From: an uncultured Porticoccus sp.
GTDB taxonomy: Bacteria > Pseudomonadota > Gammaproteobacteria > Pseudomonadales > Porticoccaceae
DNA: 64,000 nucleotides
Direction of reading: 5' to 3'
NCBI GenBank assembly: GCA_943846655.1
Contig: OX044352.1
Span: forward strand, 399,216-463,215
The position numbers and the translations under genes were made by a program. The notes beneath the pieces were generated by a model, which did no database searches, was not told the DNA's origin, and was given only the letters and a program-made list of their open reading frames with translations. How positions within the stretch are numbered: the first letter of the stretch is position 1; every line of letters starts with the position of its first letter. Below, one piece after another: positions 32,292-44,923 of this stretch.

Positions 32292-33410
32292 TTATTCCAC
32301 ACCCTTCATTATGGTCATGTTTTTTATGTCATCTGAAAACTTAGATCGTAAATCTTTATTCATAGGGATCATACCCTTATCAGCCAAATAACCCTCTGGA
32401 CCCCATGCTTTTTCACTACTAAATTCTGCAGCATAGTCAGCAATTCGAGGTACAACATTTATATGTGCTTTTTTAATATAAAAGTATAAGGGACGTGCTA
32501 TCGAATAACTTTTATCAGCTATACTTTCAAATGTAGGTTCTACTAACTCAACTGTTGAGCCTTGAACCTTGTCACTATTTTGATCTAAAAAAGAATATCC
32601 AAATATACCTAATGCATCTGGATTGGCTTCTAATTTCTGAATAATCAAGTTATCGTTTTCACCGGCCTCTATGTAGGCGCCATCCTCGCGAATAGCATGA
32701 GTGATTGCCTTAAAAACTTTCTTACCCTTCTCATTAAAAGCACTCGCAGGTATATCGAGATCTCTCATCATCTCTATAATTTTATTGCTATCCTTGCTTT
32801 TTCTTAAAGCTTTGAGAGCTTTAAAACTTTTAGCTCCGCCTTCCATTGCAAGCTCTACAAAAGCATCACGAGTTCCAGATGTTGGTGGAGGACCGATCAC
32901 GACAATTGCTTTATCCGGTAGTGAAGGATTAACATCCTGCCAGGTTTTATTTGGGTTTTTTACCAATTTGCCGTTTGAATTTGGAATTTTGTCTGCCAAA
33001 GCTAAATAAATATCTTTACGTGTTAAATTCATTTTTTTTGATTGAATAGAATTTGACAATACAATGCCGTCGTAACCAATAAGAACTTCGATGATTTCCG
33101 TTACGCCGTTATCTTGGCATTTTTTAAACTCAGATTCTTTTATTCGTCTTGATGAATTTGTAATATCTGGGTATTTTGTACCAATGCCAGAACAAAATAA
33201 CTTCATTCCACCACCTGAACCAGTAGATTCTATTTTAGGTGTCAGACTACCAGTATTTTTTCCAAAGCGCTCTGCCACCACTGTGGCAAAAGGGTACACT
33301 GTTGAGGATCCTACAACACTGATATAGTCACGAGATGCGGCGAACAGACTAGAGCTAAAAGAAAGTAGGCTAACAACAATAATGTAATTTTTTATACTAA
33401 TGATTCTCAT
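32292..33410 (-). CDS. pstS: Phosphate-binding periplasmic protein PstS
   Basis: Signal peptide, VGSSTVYPF, ESTGSGGG, GPPPTSGTRDAF. Start set to ATG 33410 (AGGAG 7 nt upstream); the track's 33437 lies at the predicted transcription start. Confidence 0.93.
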   Translation of the reverse strand: MRIISIKNYIIVVSLLSFSSSLFAASRDYISVVGSSTVYPFATVVAERFGKNTGSLTPKIESTGSGGGMKLFCSGIGTKYPDITNSSRRIKESEFKKCQDNGVTEIIEVLIGYDGIVLSNSIQSKKMNLTRKDIYLALADKIPNSNGKLVKNPNKTWQDVNPSLPDKAIVVIGPPPTSGTRDAFVELAMEGGAKSFKALKALRKSKDSNKIIEMMRDLDIPASAFNEKGKKVFKAITHAIREDGAYIEAGENDNLIIQKLEANPDALGIFGYSFLDQNSDKVQGSTVELVEPTFESIADKSYSIARPLYFYIKKAHINVVPRIADYAAEFSSEKAWGPEGYLADKGMIPMNKDLRSKFSDDIKNMTIMKGVE

Positions 33411-33445
33411 ATTGAATCTCCTTTGATGATTTTTCATTGAGAATC

Positions 33446-33479
33446 ATTTTAATCTACATTCATGACAGTAATATGACAA
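33446..33479 (-). promoter_or_regulatory. Pho box plus -10 element driving pstS
   Basis: Minus strand TTGTCAT-ATTA-CTGTCAT (33479-33462) versus consensus CTGTCAT-N4-CTGTCAY, then exactly 10 nt and TAAAAT (33451-33446), the canonical PhoB promoter geometry. Confidence 0.92.
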
Positions 33480-33520
33480 AATCAACAAATGATAATTGAC
33501 TGGTAAAATATACGCATATT

Positions 33521-34093
33521 ATGAACATTAAAAATTTCATCAACTATAAATTTCACCTTTTTATTCGTAAGATAGCAACGAGTATAGATAATTTTACTGA
33601 ATGGACAGGAAAAATAGTTTCATGGGCAGTCCTATTAATGGTTTTCTTAATGGGTTTAATAGTTTTAATGCGCTATTTTTTTGAAATCGGGTCGATTGCT
33701 CTACAGGAATCCTTAACTTACTTGCATGCGCTAGTTTTTTTGATGGGCGCAGCTTTTACACTAAAGAGAAAAGGGCATGTTAGTATCGATATTTTTTACC
33801 AGAAGTTCAGTCCTCACACTCAGGCGGTAATTCAAGTATTAGGTACATTAGTGTTCTTGATGCCTGTTTGCATTGTGATTTTAACTCTCAGCTGGGATTA
33901 CGTAATAAGCAGTTGGTCTATACAAGAAGTTTCAATGGAGGCAGAGGGCCTACCGTATATATATCTATTGAAAACATTATTAATAACTATGCCTGCATGT
34001 CTTTTACTACAGGGACTTTCTGAAGTTATAAAGAATTCTTTATTTCTATTTGATCAAATTAAAAGTGAAGCAGAGAGTGGTTCAGATGCTTGA
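33521..34093 (+). CDS. TRAP transporter small permease (DctQ family)
   Basis: Four TM helices, RKGHVSIDIFY motif; adjacent to the large permease. Confidence 0.9.
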   Translation: MNIKNFINYKFHLFIRKIATSIDNFTEWTGKIVSWAVLLMVFLMGLIVLMRYFFEIGSIALQESLTYLHALVFLMGAAFTLKRKGHVSIDIFYQKFSPHTQAVIQVLGTLVFLMPVCIVILTLSWDYVISSWSIQEVSMEAEGLPYIYLLKTLLITMPACLLLQGLSEVIKNSLFLFDQIKSEAESGSDA

Positions 34094-35453
34094 ATATATC
34101 CCTATAATTATGTTTGCTTCTGTTTGCGTAATAATCATGGCGGGCTACCCTGTAGCTTTTTCATTGGCAGGAACTGCACTTTTATTTGCAGTATACGGTA
34201 ACGTAGCCAATATCTTCGATATGGATTTTTTGCATGCTTTGCCAAATCGATTATACGGAATAATTGATAATACTATCCTAATAGCAGTTCCTTTATTTAT
34301 TTTTATGGGTGTAATGCTAGAAAAGTCTAGCTTAGCTGAAAACCTACTGAATAGTATGTCTCAATTATTAAGAAATTTTAAAGGAGGGCTCGGTATATCG
34401 GTTGTTATGGTCGGTATGCTGTTGGCTGCTAGCACAGGAATTGTAGGCGCAACTGTAGTGACTATGGGGCTGATTTCTTTACCTACTATGCTCAAACAGG
34501 GGTATTCTCCCTCTCTAGCATCTGGGACTATTTGTGCGACAGGAACTCTTGGACAAATCATCCCGCCATCAATCGCTTTAGTGCTACTGGGCGATATCAT
34601 TGCAAATTCTTATCAGCAAGCCCAGCTTGCTCAGGGTGTTTTTGCTCCAAAAACTATATCCGTTGGTGATCTTTTCTTAGGTGCAGTTGTCCCAGGAATG
34701 CTATTAATAATGATGTATATAGTTTATTTGACGCTTGTCGCACGTTTTGAACCACGATCTATGCCAATTGTTACTGAACAAAAAATAAAAAGTAGTTTTT
34801 TTCAACTACTTAAACCTTTAATGCCGCCTGTAATACTTATTTTTTCAGTACTAGGATCTATTTTGTTCGGTTTAGCCACCCCAACTGAAGCAGCAGGCAT
34901 AGGTGCAATTGGGGCGATTCTGCTTACTTATAATGCGAATATGCTTTCATATGACTTATTAAAAAAAGTGGCCCAAAAAACTACCGAAATTACCTCTATG
35001 ATTTTCCTGATATTAATTGGTGCATCTATCTTCTCTTTAGTTTTTAGAGGTTTTGGTGGAGACCAACTAGTAGAAGATCTTTTGAAAAATATACCTGGAG
35101 GTCTTTTTGGAGCAACATTTTTGGTTATGTTGCTAATATTTCTTCTTGGATTTATTCTCGATTTTATAGAAATAACTTATGTGGTTGTTCCAATTGTTGC
35201 CCCAGCTTTGCTTGGATTAGGTCTTGATCCGATTTGGCTTGGTATTATGATTGCAGTAAATTTACAAACTTCTTTTTTAACACCACCATTTGGTTTTTCA
35301 TTATTTTATCTTAAAGGTGTAGCGCCAAATAGCGTACACATACAGGATATTTATAAAGGAGTGATGCCCTTTATAGCAATACAAATAATACTCATGGCAC
35401 AACTTGCCATTTGGCCTTCAATTGCAACGTGGCTTCCATCTTTGAGTAACTAA
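34086..35453 (+). CDS. TRAP transporter large permease (DctM family)
   Basis: GYPVAFSL, AVPLFIFMG, GTLGQIIPPS, TPTEAAG, NLQTSFLTPPFG. Start set to ATG 34086, overlapping the dctQ stop. Confidence 0.92.
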   Translation: MLEYIPIIMFASVCVIIMAGYPVAFSLAGTALLFAVYGNVANIFDMDFLHALPNRLYGIIDNTILIAVPLFIFMGVMLEKSSLAENLLNSMSQLLRNFKGGLGISVVMVGMLLAASTGIVGATVVTMGLISLPTMLKQGYSPSLASGTICATGTLGQIIPPSIALVLLGDIIANSYQQAQLAQGVFAPKTISVGDLFLGAVVPGMLLIMMYIVYLTLVARFEPRSMPIVTEQKIKSSFFQLLKPLMPPVILIFSVLGSILFGLATPTEAAGIGAIGAILLTYNANMLSYDLLKKVAQKTTEITSMIFLILIGASIFSLVFRGFGGDQLVEDLLKNIPGGLFGATFLVMLLIFLLGFILDFIEITYVVVPIVAPALLGLGLDPIWLGIMIAVNLQTSFLTPPFGFSLFYLKGVAPNSVHIQDIYKGVMPFIAIQIILMAQLAIWPSIATWLPSLSN

Positions 35454-35463
35454 CGATCGAGAA

Positions 35464-35727
35464 CTAGTTGATCATATTCTTATCTCTAAGATATTTCATC
35501 AGCTCTTGGTACCCACCTATGTATGAGTTATTGTAAAAAATTTGTGGGACTGTATTTGCAGGCTTTCCAATTTTTTGAGCTAGATCATCTGGGTTTATAT
35601 TTTCTGTATGAATATCAATGTAATCGAACTGTATAAGATTTGCCTGAAGAACTGTCTTTGCTTGACGACAAAATCCACATGCTTGATGTCCATATATAGT
35701 AAATATATCAATTTTATTATCTATCAT
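35464..35727 (-). CDS. Dithiol glutaredoxin (GrxA-like)
   Basis: CGFC active site, TVPQIF, IGGY. ATG 35727 gives 87 aa. Confidence 0.88.
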   Translation of the reverse strand: MIDNKIDIFTIYGHQACGFCRQAKTVLQANLIQFDYIDIHTENINPDDLAQKIGKPANTVPQIFYNNSYIGGYQELMKYLRDKNMIN

Positions 35728-35873
35728 AAGAGATTTTTCCTGATAAAATATTTGAAATAAAAATAAAAAATAAAGGACCACAGCAAGATGTCAGTAACTG
35801 ATTTTATAAATACTTACTATTCATTGTCTGCAGCCTTATAATCATTAATATTATATTCTAAGAGGAAGCCTAG

Positions 35874-36827
35874 GTGTCGCAAATTAAGAAGGATTGTACT
35901 TCGTTTCAAGAGTTAATCTTATCCTTACAAAAATTTTGGTCTGATCATGGGTGTGTTATTTTGCAACCCCTTGATATGGAAGTTGGTGCAGGTACATTTC
36001 ATCCAGCTACTTTTTTGCGTGCTATTGGACCTGAAGTTTGGAACTCCGCTTATGTACAACCATGTCGAAGGCCAGCTGATGGTCGGTATGGCGATAACCC
36101 AAATCGCCTTCAACATTATTATCAATTTCAGGTGATACTAAAACCCTCGCCATCAAATATACAACAACTCTACTTAGACTCACTCAAAATGTTAGGAATT
36201 GATACAACAATACATGATATTCGTTTTGTTGAGGATAACTGGGAGTCTCCCTCGCTCGGTGCATGGGGGCTCGGCTGGGAAGTATGGCTTAATGGAATGG
36301 AGATAACACAATTTACATATTTCCAGCAAGTGGGCGGTCTTGAATGCTTTCCAGTGGCTGGAGAAATAACCTATGGTCTTGAGCGCATTGCCATGCATCT
36401 TCAAGGAGTTGACAATGTATATGATCTGGTCTGGACCAGTGGCGATGAGGGTGTTGTAACCTACGGAGATGTATTTCATCAAAACGAGGTTGAAATGTCA
36501 GCATATAACTACGAAGAAGCTGATATTGATTTCATGCGCGAAACATTTAATCAACTCGAATCTGATTGTAGGCGACTTGTTAATAAAGGACTTCCGTTAC
36601 CAGGTTACGAGATGGTTATAAAGGCTTCGCATGCATTCAATTTGCTTGATGCACGCCACGCAATATCGGTAACTGAGAGGCAGCGTTATATTTTAAGGAT
36701 TCGAACTCTAGCTAAGTCTGTTGCAGAAGCATACTTCAACTCTAGAAGTGCACTTGGATTTCCATTAGCATCAAAAGAAATGGCAGACAGGGCAATAAGG
36801 CGTATTGGGGGGAAAAGTAATGGCTGA
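35874..36827 (+). CDS. glyQ: Glycyl-tRNA synthetase alpha subunit
   Basis: [37 protein letters not shown]. Confidence 0.97.
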   Translation: MSQIKKDCTSFQELILSLQKFWSDHGCVILQPLDMEVGAGTFHPATFLRAIGPEVWNSAYVQPCRRPADGRYGDNPNRLQHYYQFQVILKPSPSNIQQLYLDSLKMLGIDTTIHDIRFVEDNWESPSLGAWGLGWEVWLNGMEITQFTYFQQVGGLECFPVAGEITYGLERIAMHLQGVDNVYDLVWTSGDEGVVTYGDVFHQNEVEMSAYNYEEADIDFMRETFNQLESDCRRLVNKGLPLPGYEMVIKASHAFNLLDARHAISVTERQRYILRIRTLAKSVAEAYFNSRSALGFPLASKEMADRAIRRIGGKSNG

Positions 36828-38901
36828 TTTTTTAGTGGAAATAGGCACAGAAGAGCTTCCACCTAAAGCATTAATGAATCTCGCTAACGCGTTTCATGAT
36901 CATGTTGCTAATGGGTTCAAGAATAATACCTTTGGCTTCAGCAAGACAAAAGTTTTTGCCACTCCGAGAAGAATAGCAATTTTACTCGAAAATCTTGATA
37001 AACAAGCACCTAGTAAAGAAATCACTATCTGGGGACCTCCTACAAAAATTGCATTTGATGCAGCAGGTGAACCAACCGCGGCTGGCATAGCGTTTGCAAA
37101 AAAAAATAGTATTCCGATAGAATCATTATCTGAGATGGTTGGAAACAACCAAGGAAAAGAAAAATTGTTCAGTAAATCGAAAAAACCAGGGTTAAAAGTA
37201 GAAGACCTTGCAGAAAATTTGATTAGAGAAGCTATAAGCGCACTACCAATTCCAAAGAAAATGCGATGGGGTTCAAATGCTTTTGAGTTTATTCGCCCCT
37301 TACAATGGGTATTAATTTTGTTTGGTAACAAAATTATCAATTCACAAATTATGGGTTTAAAAGCAAGTAATATAACCTACGGTCATCGATTTCATAGCAA
37401 GAATCAAATTATAGTAGATGAGCCAAGGGAGTATGAATCTTGTCTCCGCGAAGCCAATGTAATTGCTTGTTTCTCTGAACGTAGAGAGCTAATAAGCTCT
37501 GCTATAAAGAAAATAGCAAAAAAAGTATGCGGAATAGCTATTGTTGATGCTTCATTGCTTGATGAAGTAACAGCACTTAATGAATGGCCTGTAGCGCTTC
37601 TAGGTAGCTTTGACAGAGAATTTCTAGAAGTGCCAACCGAAGCACTAATTTCGTCAATGGCAGAGCATCAAAAATATTTTCATTTAACTAATACTGATGG
37701 TGAGCTTTTACCACTTTTCATAACAATTTCTAATATTGAAAGCAAAGATTCCTCTCAAATAATTCGTGGCAATGAAAGAGTTATTCGGCCGAGGCTATCC
37801 GATGCTGCTTTTTTTTATAACACTGATAAAAAAACTACGCTCGAGAAAAGGAGAGAGTCACTAAAGTCTATAATTTTTCAAGAACAGCTCGGTACTATAT
37901 ACGAAAAGACAGACCGCCTTAGTGCTCTCGCAGAGTATATTGCACCTATAGTTAATGCCGATATATCATTATCAGTTAGAGCAGCTCAGTTATGTAAGTC
38001 AGACTTAGTAACAGATATGGTTGGAGAGTTTGAAAGTCTTCAAGGAATCATGGGAAAGTATTATGCAACTAACGATGGAGAAAAGCCTGAAGTTGCTGAG
38101 GCGATACAAGAGCACTACTTGCCAAAATTTTCTAAGGATGCAATACCCAAAACAGCTATAGGTATAACTTTAGCTATTTGTGATCGTCTAGATACATTAG
38201 TTGGAATATTTGGTATCGGACAACAACCATCTGGCTCAAAAGACCCATTTGCACTCCGCCGTTCCAGTCTAGGGCTACTGAGAATAATCATTGAACATAA
38301 TATAAATTTAAATCTTTATGAAGTTTTAAAAAAGGCAGCTACAGGGCACCAGCAACTGCAAACTGATGATGATCAAATTTGTATGCAAGTACTCACTTAC
38401 GTAAAAGAACGCTTTAGAGCTTGGTATGAAGAAGAAGGTATACCAACTGAAGTTTTTTTATCTGTTTCTGCCAGAAACCTAAATAACCCTCTCGATATAC
38501 ATCGGCGCGTATATGCAGTCCATACGTTCACTAGATTCCCTGAAGCCGTAACATTAGCCGCTGCAAACAAAAGAGTATCTAATATACTTGCAAAAAATCC
38601 ATTAAAGGATATGTCAGCGCCAATTAATAAGGACCTTTTGTGCGAGCCGTCAGAGCTCGCATTAACTAAAATAGTTGAAAATCTTGAGAAAAAAATACAG
38701 CCATTGCTCCAAGAACAGTCATATACGTCAGTATTAAAACTATTGTCTGGACTTGCCATACCTATAGATAATTTCTTCGATGATGTTATGGTTGTGACTG
38801 ACGATGATGAAACACGTATCAATCGTCTTGTACTGTTGCACAAATTAAGGGCTTTATTTCTCCAGGTAGCTGATATTTCATTATTGGTTCCAGAGAGATG
38901 A
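36820..38901 (+). CDS. glyS: Glycyl-tRNA synthetase beta subunit
   Basis: [42 protein letters not shown]; ATG 36820 overlaps the glyQ stop. Confidence 0.96.
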   Translation: MADFLVEIGTEELPPKALMNLANAFHDHVANGFKNNTFGFSKTKVFATPRRIAILLENLDKQAPSKEITIWGPPTKIAFDAAGEPTAAGIAFAKKNSIPIESLSEMVGNNQGKEKLFSKSKKPGLKVEDLAENLIREAISALPIPKKMRWGSNAFEFIRPLQWVLILFGNKIINSQIMGLKASNITYGHRFHSKNQIIVDEPREYESCLREANVIACFSERRELISSAIKKIAKKVCGIAIVDASLLDEVTALNEWPVALLGSFDREFLEVPTEALISSMAEHQKYFHLTNTDGELLPLFITISNIESKDSSQIIRGNERVIRPRLSDAAFFYNTDKKTTLEKRRESLKSIIFQEQLGTIYEKTDRLSALAEYIAPIVNADISLSVRAAQLCKSDLVTDMVGEFESLQGIMGKYYATNDGEKPEVAEAIQEHYLPKFSKDAIPKTAIGITLAICDRLDTLVGIFGIGQQPSGSKDPFALRRSSLGLLRIIIEHNINLNLYEVLKKAATGHQQLQTDDDQICMQVLTYVKERFRAWYEEEGIPTEVFLSVSARNLNNPLDIHRRVYAVHTFTRFPEAVTLAAANKRVSNILAKNPLKDMSAPINKDLLCEPSELALTKIVENLEKKIQPLLQEQSYTSVLKLLSGLAIPIDNFFDDVMVVTDDDETRINRLVLLHKLRALFLQVADISLLVPER

Positions 38902-38948
38902 TGGACCCAGATTGATTTTATAAGAATTTACAAAGGTAAGCTTATCTT

Positions 38949-39503
38949 ATGGTCAAACTAATTATTCTTGATCGGGATGGCGTAATAAACCAAGATTCAG
39001 ATACTTATATAAAAACAGCCGATGAGTGGAGGCCAATTCCCGGAAGTATTGACGCCATCGTAAGGTTGTTTCGTTCTGGCTATAAAGTAGTTGTCGCCAC
39101 AAATCAATCCGGTATTGGGCGAGGTTTTTTTAGTTACGATGCACTTGAAGAAATGCATTTAAAACTCAAAAATTTATTACTAAGCTCTAATGTCACGCTT
39201 AGCGGAATATTTTTTTGTCCTCATACACCTGAAGATGAGTGTGGATGCAGAAAACCAGCATCTGGACTTTTAGATCAGATAACTGAAGAACTAAATATAG
39301 ATCTAACAGGTGTTCATATAGTTGGTGATAGTCTTCGTGATCTTCAAGCTGGCCTTAAATATAATTGTTCACCGATTTTAGTTCGAACAGGCAAGGGAAA
39401 TAATACTGAAATTCAACTAAAGAAAGAACAGAACCTAATTTTAAAACAAACAAGAATTTTTGATAATTTAGCCTGCGTTGCAGACTACTTATGCGATGGT
39501 TAA
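38949..39503 (+). CDS. gmhB: D-glycero-D-manno-heptose 1,7-bisphosphate phosphatase (HAD)
   Basis: LDRDGVIN, ATNQSGIGRG, CPH..CGCRKP, VGDSLRD. Confidence 0.9.
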   Translation: MVKLIILDRDGVINQDSDTYIKTADEWRPIPGSIDAIVRLFRSGYKVVVATNQSGIGRGFFSYDALEEMHLKLKNLLLSSNVTLSGIFFCPHTPEDECGCRKPASGLLDQITEELNIDLTGVHIVGDSLRDLQAGLKYNCSPILVRTGKGNNTEIQLKKEQNLILKQTRIFDNLACVADYLCDG

Positions 39504-39522
39504 ATTATCACTTTATATAAAT

Positions 39523-42657
<3,135 letters not shown>

Positions 42658-42677
42658 CTAGATAAATATTTTTTTGA

Positions 42678-43763
42678 TCATTGAGTAATCTTTCCATGTT
42701 CCACGTGAAACATTTTCATATTAAGGTCTTCTTTGGGCCAACTGTTTAGCAGGTCTTCCTTAAGCACACCAGTTACAAAAGTTTGTGCCCCTAAATCCCA
42801 CAATAATTTACCTACTTTTTTTCTATGAGAAAAATCTAACTCGGAGGGTAAGTCATCTATCAAATATAGACACTTTTCTGCTGTTTTTTCATAATACAAA
42901 TACCCCTGAGCTATTTGCATTGCAGCAACCAAAATTTTTGATTGACCTCTAGACAGAACCTCGTTGGCCGGTTTTGCATCAAGGCTAATTCGTAAATCTG
43001 ACCTCTGAGGCCCATGAGTCGTTACTCTCATGTTTATGTCCTTTTGTTGATTCTTCTCTAGTATTTCTAATAATTTTTTATCAGTATCCCAACCTGAATA
43101 ATACTTGAATTCAAAGTTACCCAGATCTGTAATTTCACTTAAAACCCACTTTATTTTTTCAACTAAGCCCACAAGATAAATCTTTCGATATTTATCAATT
43201 GCTTCTGCAAAGCTTACAAACTCGGTATTCCATGAATTAAGTAAATCAACGTTTATTCTATCACATCGCAACAATGAATTCCGCTGCTTAAGAGTTCGTT
43301 TAAAGTTTTTAAGTGATTTTCTGTATGAATGTTCCACGTGGAACAATCCCCAATCCAGGTATTGTCGTCTAAATTGAGGTCCGCCGTCTAACAACTTGAA
43401 TGTATCAGAATTAATGAGTAAAAGGGGCATTGTGTCTGCTAAAGACGATGAATTATTGACCTTTTGCCCATTCATTTTAAACCTAAAATCGTTATTTCGA
43501 GTTCTTGTGACACCCAGAGATATGTTTACATCATTTTTGTCGATTAACCCAAAAACTGTACAGGACTCTTCGTTTTCATTAATTACAAGGTCTAATGTGC
43601 GTGATCGAAATGATCTTCCACGACCAAGGACATACAATCCTTCGAGGACACTTGTTTTTCCACTACCATTTTCACCAAAAAAGAAATTAGATGTTGGAGA
43701 TAACGATACTTCGTTGCTAGTTAAATTTCTTAGGCCGTGTATACCAATTTTTTTAAGGTGCAT
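42678..43763 (-). CDS. recF: DNA replication/repair protein RecF
   Basis: GENGSGKTS, GPQRSDL, LSRGQSK, LIDDLPSELD; between dnaN and gyrB. Confidence 0.96.
   Translation of the reverse strand: MHLKKIGIHGLRNLTSNEVSLSPTSNFFFGENGSGKTSVLEGLYVLGRGRSFRSRTLDLVINENEESCTVFGLIDKNDVNISLGVTRTRNNDFRFKMNGQKVNNSSSLADTMPLLLINSDTFKLLDGGPQFRRQYLDWGLFHVEHSYRKSLKNFKRTLKQRNSLLRCDRINVDLLNSWNTEFVSFAEAIDKYRKIYLVGLVEKIKWVLSEITDLGNFEFKYYSGWDTDKKLLEILEKNQQKDINMRVTTHGPQRSDLRISLDAKPANEVLSRGQSKILVAAMQIAQGYLYYEKTAEKCLYLIDDLPSELDFSHRKKVGKLLWDLGAQTFVTGVLKEDLLNSWPKEDLNMKMFHVEHGKITQ
42697..42712. other. parS centromere-like site inside recF
   Basis: TGTTCCACGTGAAACA, one mismatch from the TGTTTCACGTGAAACA palindrome; encodes MFHVEH. 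Confidence 0.92.
43330..43345. other. parS centromere-like site inside recF
   Basis: Perfect palindrome TGTTCCACGTGGAACA; encodes LFHVEH. Confidence 0.93.
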
Positions 43764-43772
43764 AATTTCAGG

Positions 43773-44870
43773 TTATAGACGCATTGGCATTACAACGTAT
43801 GTGGAATTTGGATTCGCCGGGTCTTCGATTAACACACTGCTACCAGCATTAGAAAAAGTAAAACTTGCATCGTCACCGCTTAAAATATTAAGAATATCAA
43901 TTATATAGCTTACATTAAACCCAAGCTCTAGGTCATCATGATCATATTTAACAGTAACCTCTTCTCTCGCTTCTTCTTGCTGATTTGTAGCCAAGAGCGT
44001 CAAGGTACCTTTTTGAACTATTAGTTTAACGCCTCGATATTTCTCATTGGATAAAATAGCTGCTCGACTAAAACCACTTTGTAAATCAGTTCTTGAGCCT
44101 ACCATCTGTTTATCGCCATCTTTTGGTATGACTTGATCATAGTCAGGATAAGCCCCATCGACCAGTTTGGAGGTAAAACGAAAACCCTCGGTTACCACCT
44201 TCATGTAATTATCACTTAGTGTTATTAGAGCCTCCCCATTATCGGGTAGCAATCTAGAGAGCTCAATAACGGCTTTTCTTGGAATTATTGCCTGAGTTTT
44301 TTCGCCATGAAGTTCTATTTTCCCAGAATCCATCATAGCTAATCTGTGTCCATCTGTAGCTACTGTTCTAACTCTGTTATCATCCAAGTCTAACAGCATA
44401 CCATTCAGATAATAACGCACATCCTGCTGAGCCATCGCAAAAGATGTTCGACTAATAAGATTATTTATCTCTTTGTTACTGATATTAAATGATTTACCTG
44501 AATCACCTTCATCTATACTTGGAAACTCGTCAGCTGGAAGGGAAGAAAGTGTAAATCGACTTCGACCGCTTATTATCTGAACTTTTCCATCTTTTTCTGT
44601 AAACGTAATATCTGTTGATTCTGGTAAAGATCGACAGATATCCATTAATTTACGTGCAGGTACAGTTATCTCGCCATTTGCTTCAGGGTCTCTAAGCATT
44701 ACATGACCAACAATTTCAACCTCAAGATCAGTTCCTGTCATGGATAAACAGTTATCTTTTAATGCTATTAAAACATTAGACAGTATTGGTAGTGTCTGCC
44801 TTCTTTCAACCACCCCAACCACTAATTGTAGGGGCTGGAGTAAATCTTCACGGGAAATTTTGAATTTCAT
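43773..44870 (-). CDS. dnaN: DNA polymerase III beta clamp
   Basis: RQTLPILSNV, QQDVRYYLNG, ATDGHRL, YVVMPMRL. Confidence 0.97.
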   Translation of the reverse strand: MKFKISREDLLQPLQLVVGVVERRQTLPILSNVLIALKDNCLSMTGTDLEVEIVGHVMLRDPEANGEITVPARKLMDICRSLPESTDITFTEKDGKVQIISGRSRFTLSSLPADEFPSIDEGDSGKSFNISNKEINNLISRTSFAMAQQDVRYYLNGMLLDLDDNRVRTVATDGHRLAMMDSGKIELHGEKTQAIIPRKAVIELSRLLPDNGEALITLSDNYMKVVTEGFRFTSKLVDGAYPDYDQVIPKDGDKQMVGSRTDLQSGFSRAAILSNEKYRGVKLIVQKGTLTLLATNQQEEAREEVTVKYDHDDLELGFNVSYIIDILNILSGDDASFTFSNAGSSVLIEDPANPNSTYVVMPMRL

Positions 44871-44923
44871 CTACTAATAATCCAATTTGAAGTTTGTTTT
44901 TTACACCTTATGAGTAAATATAT

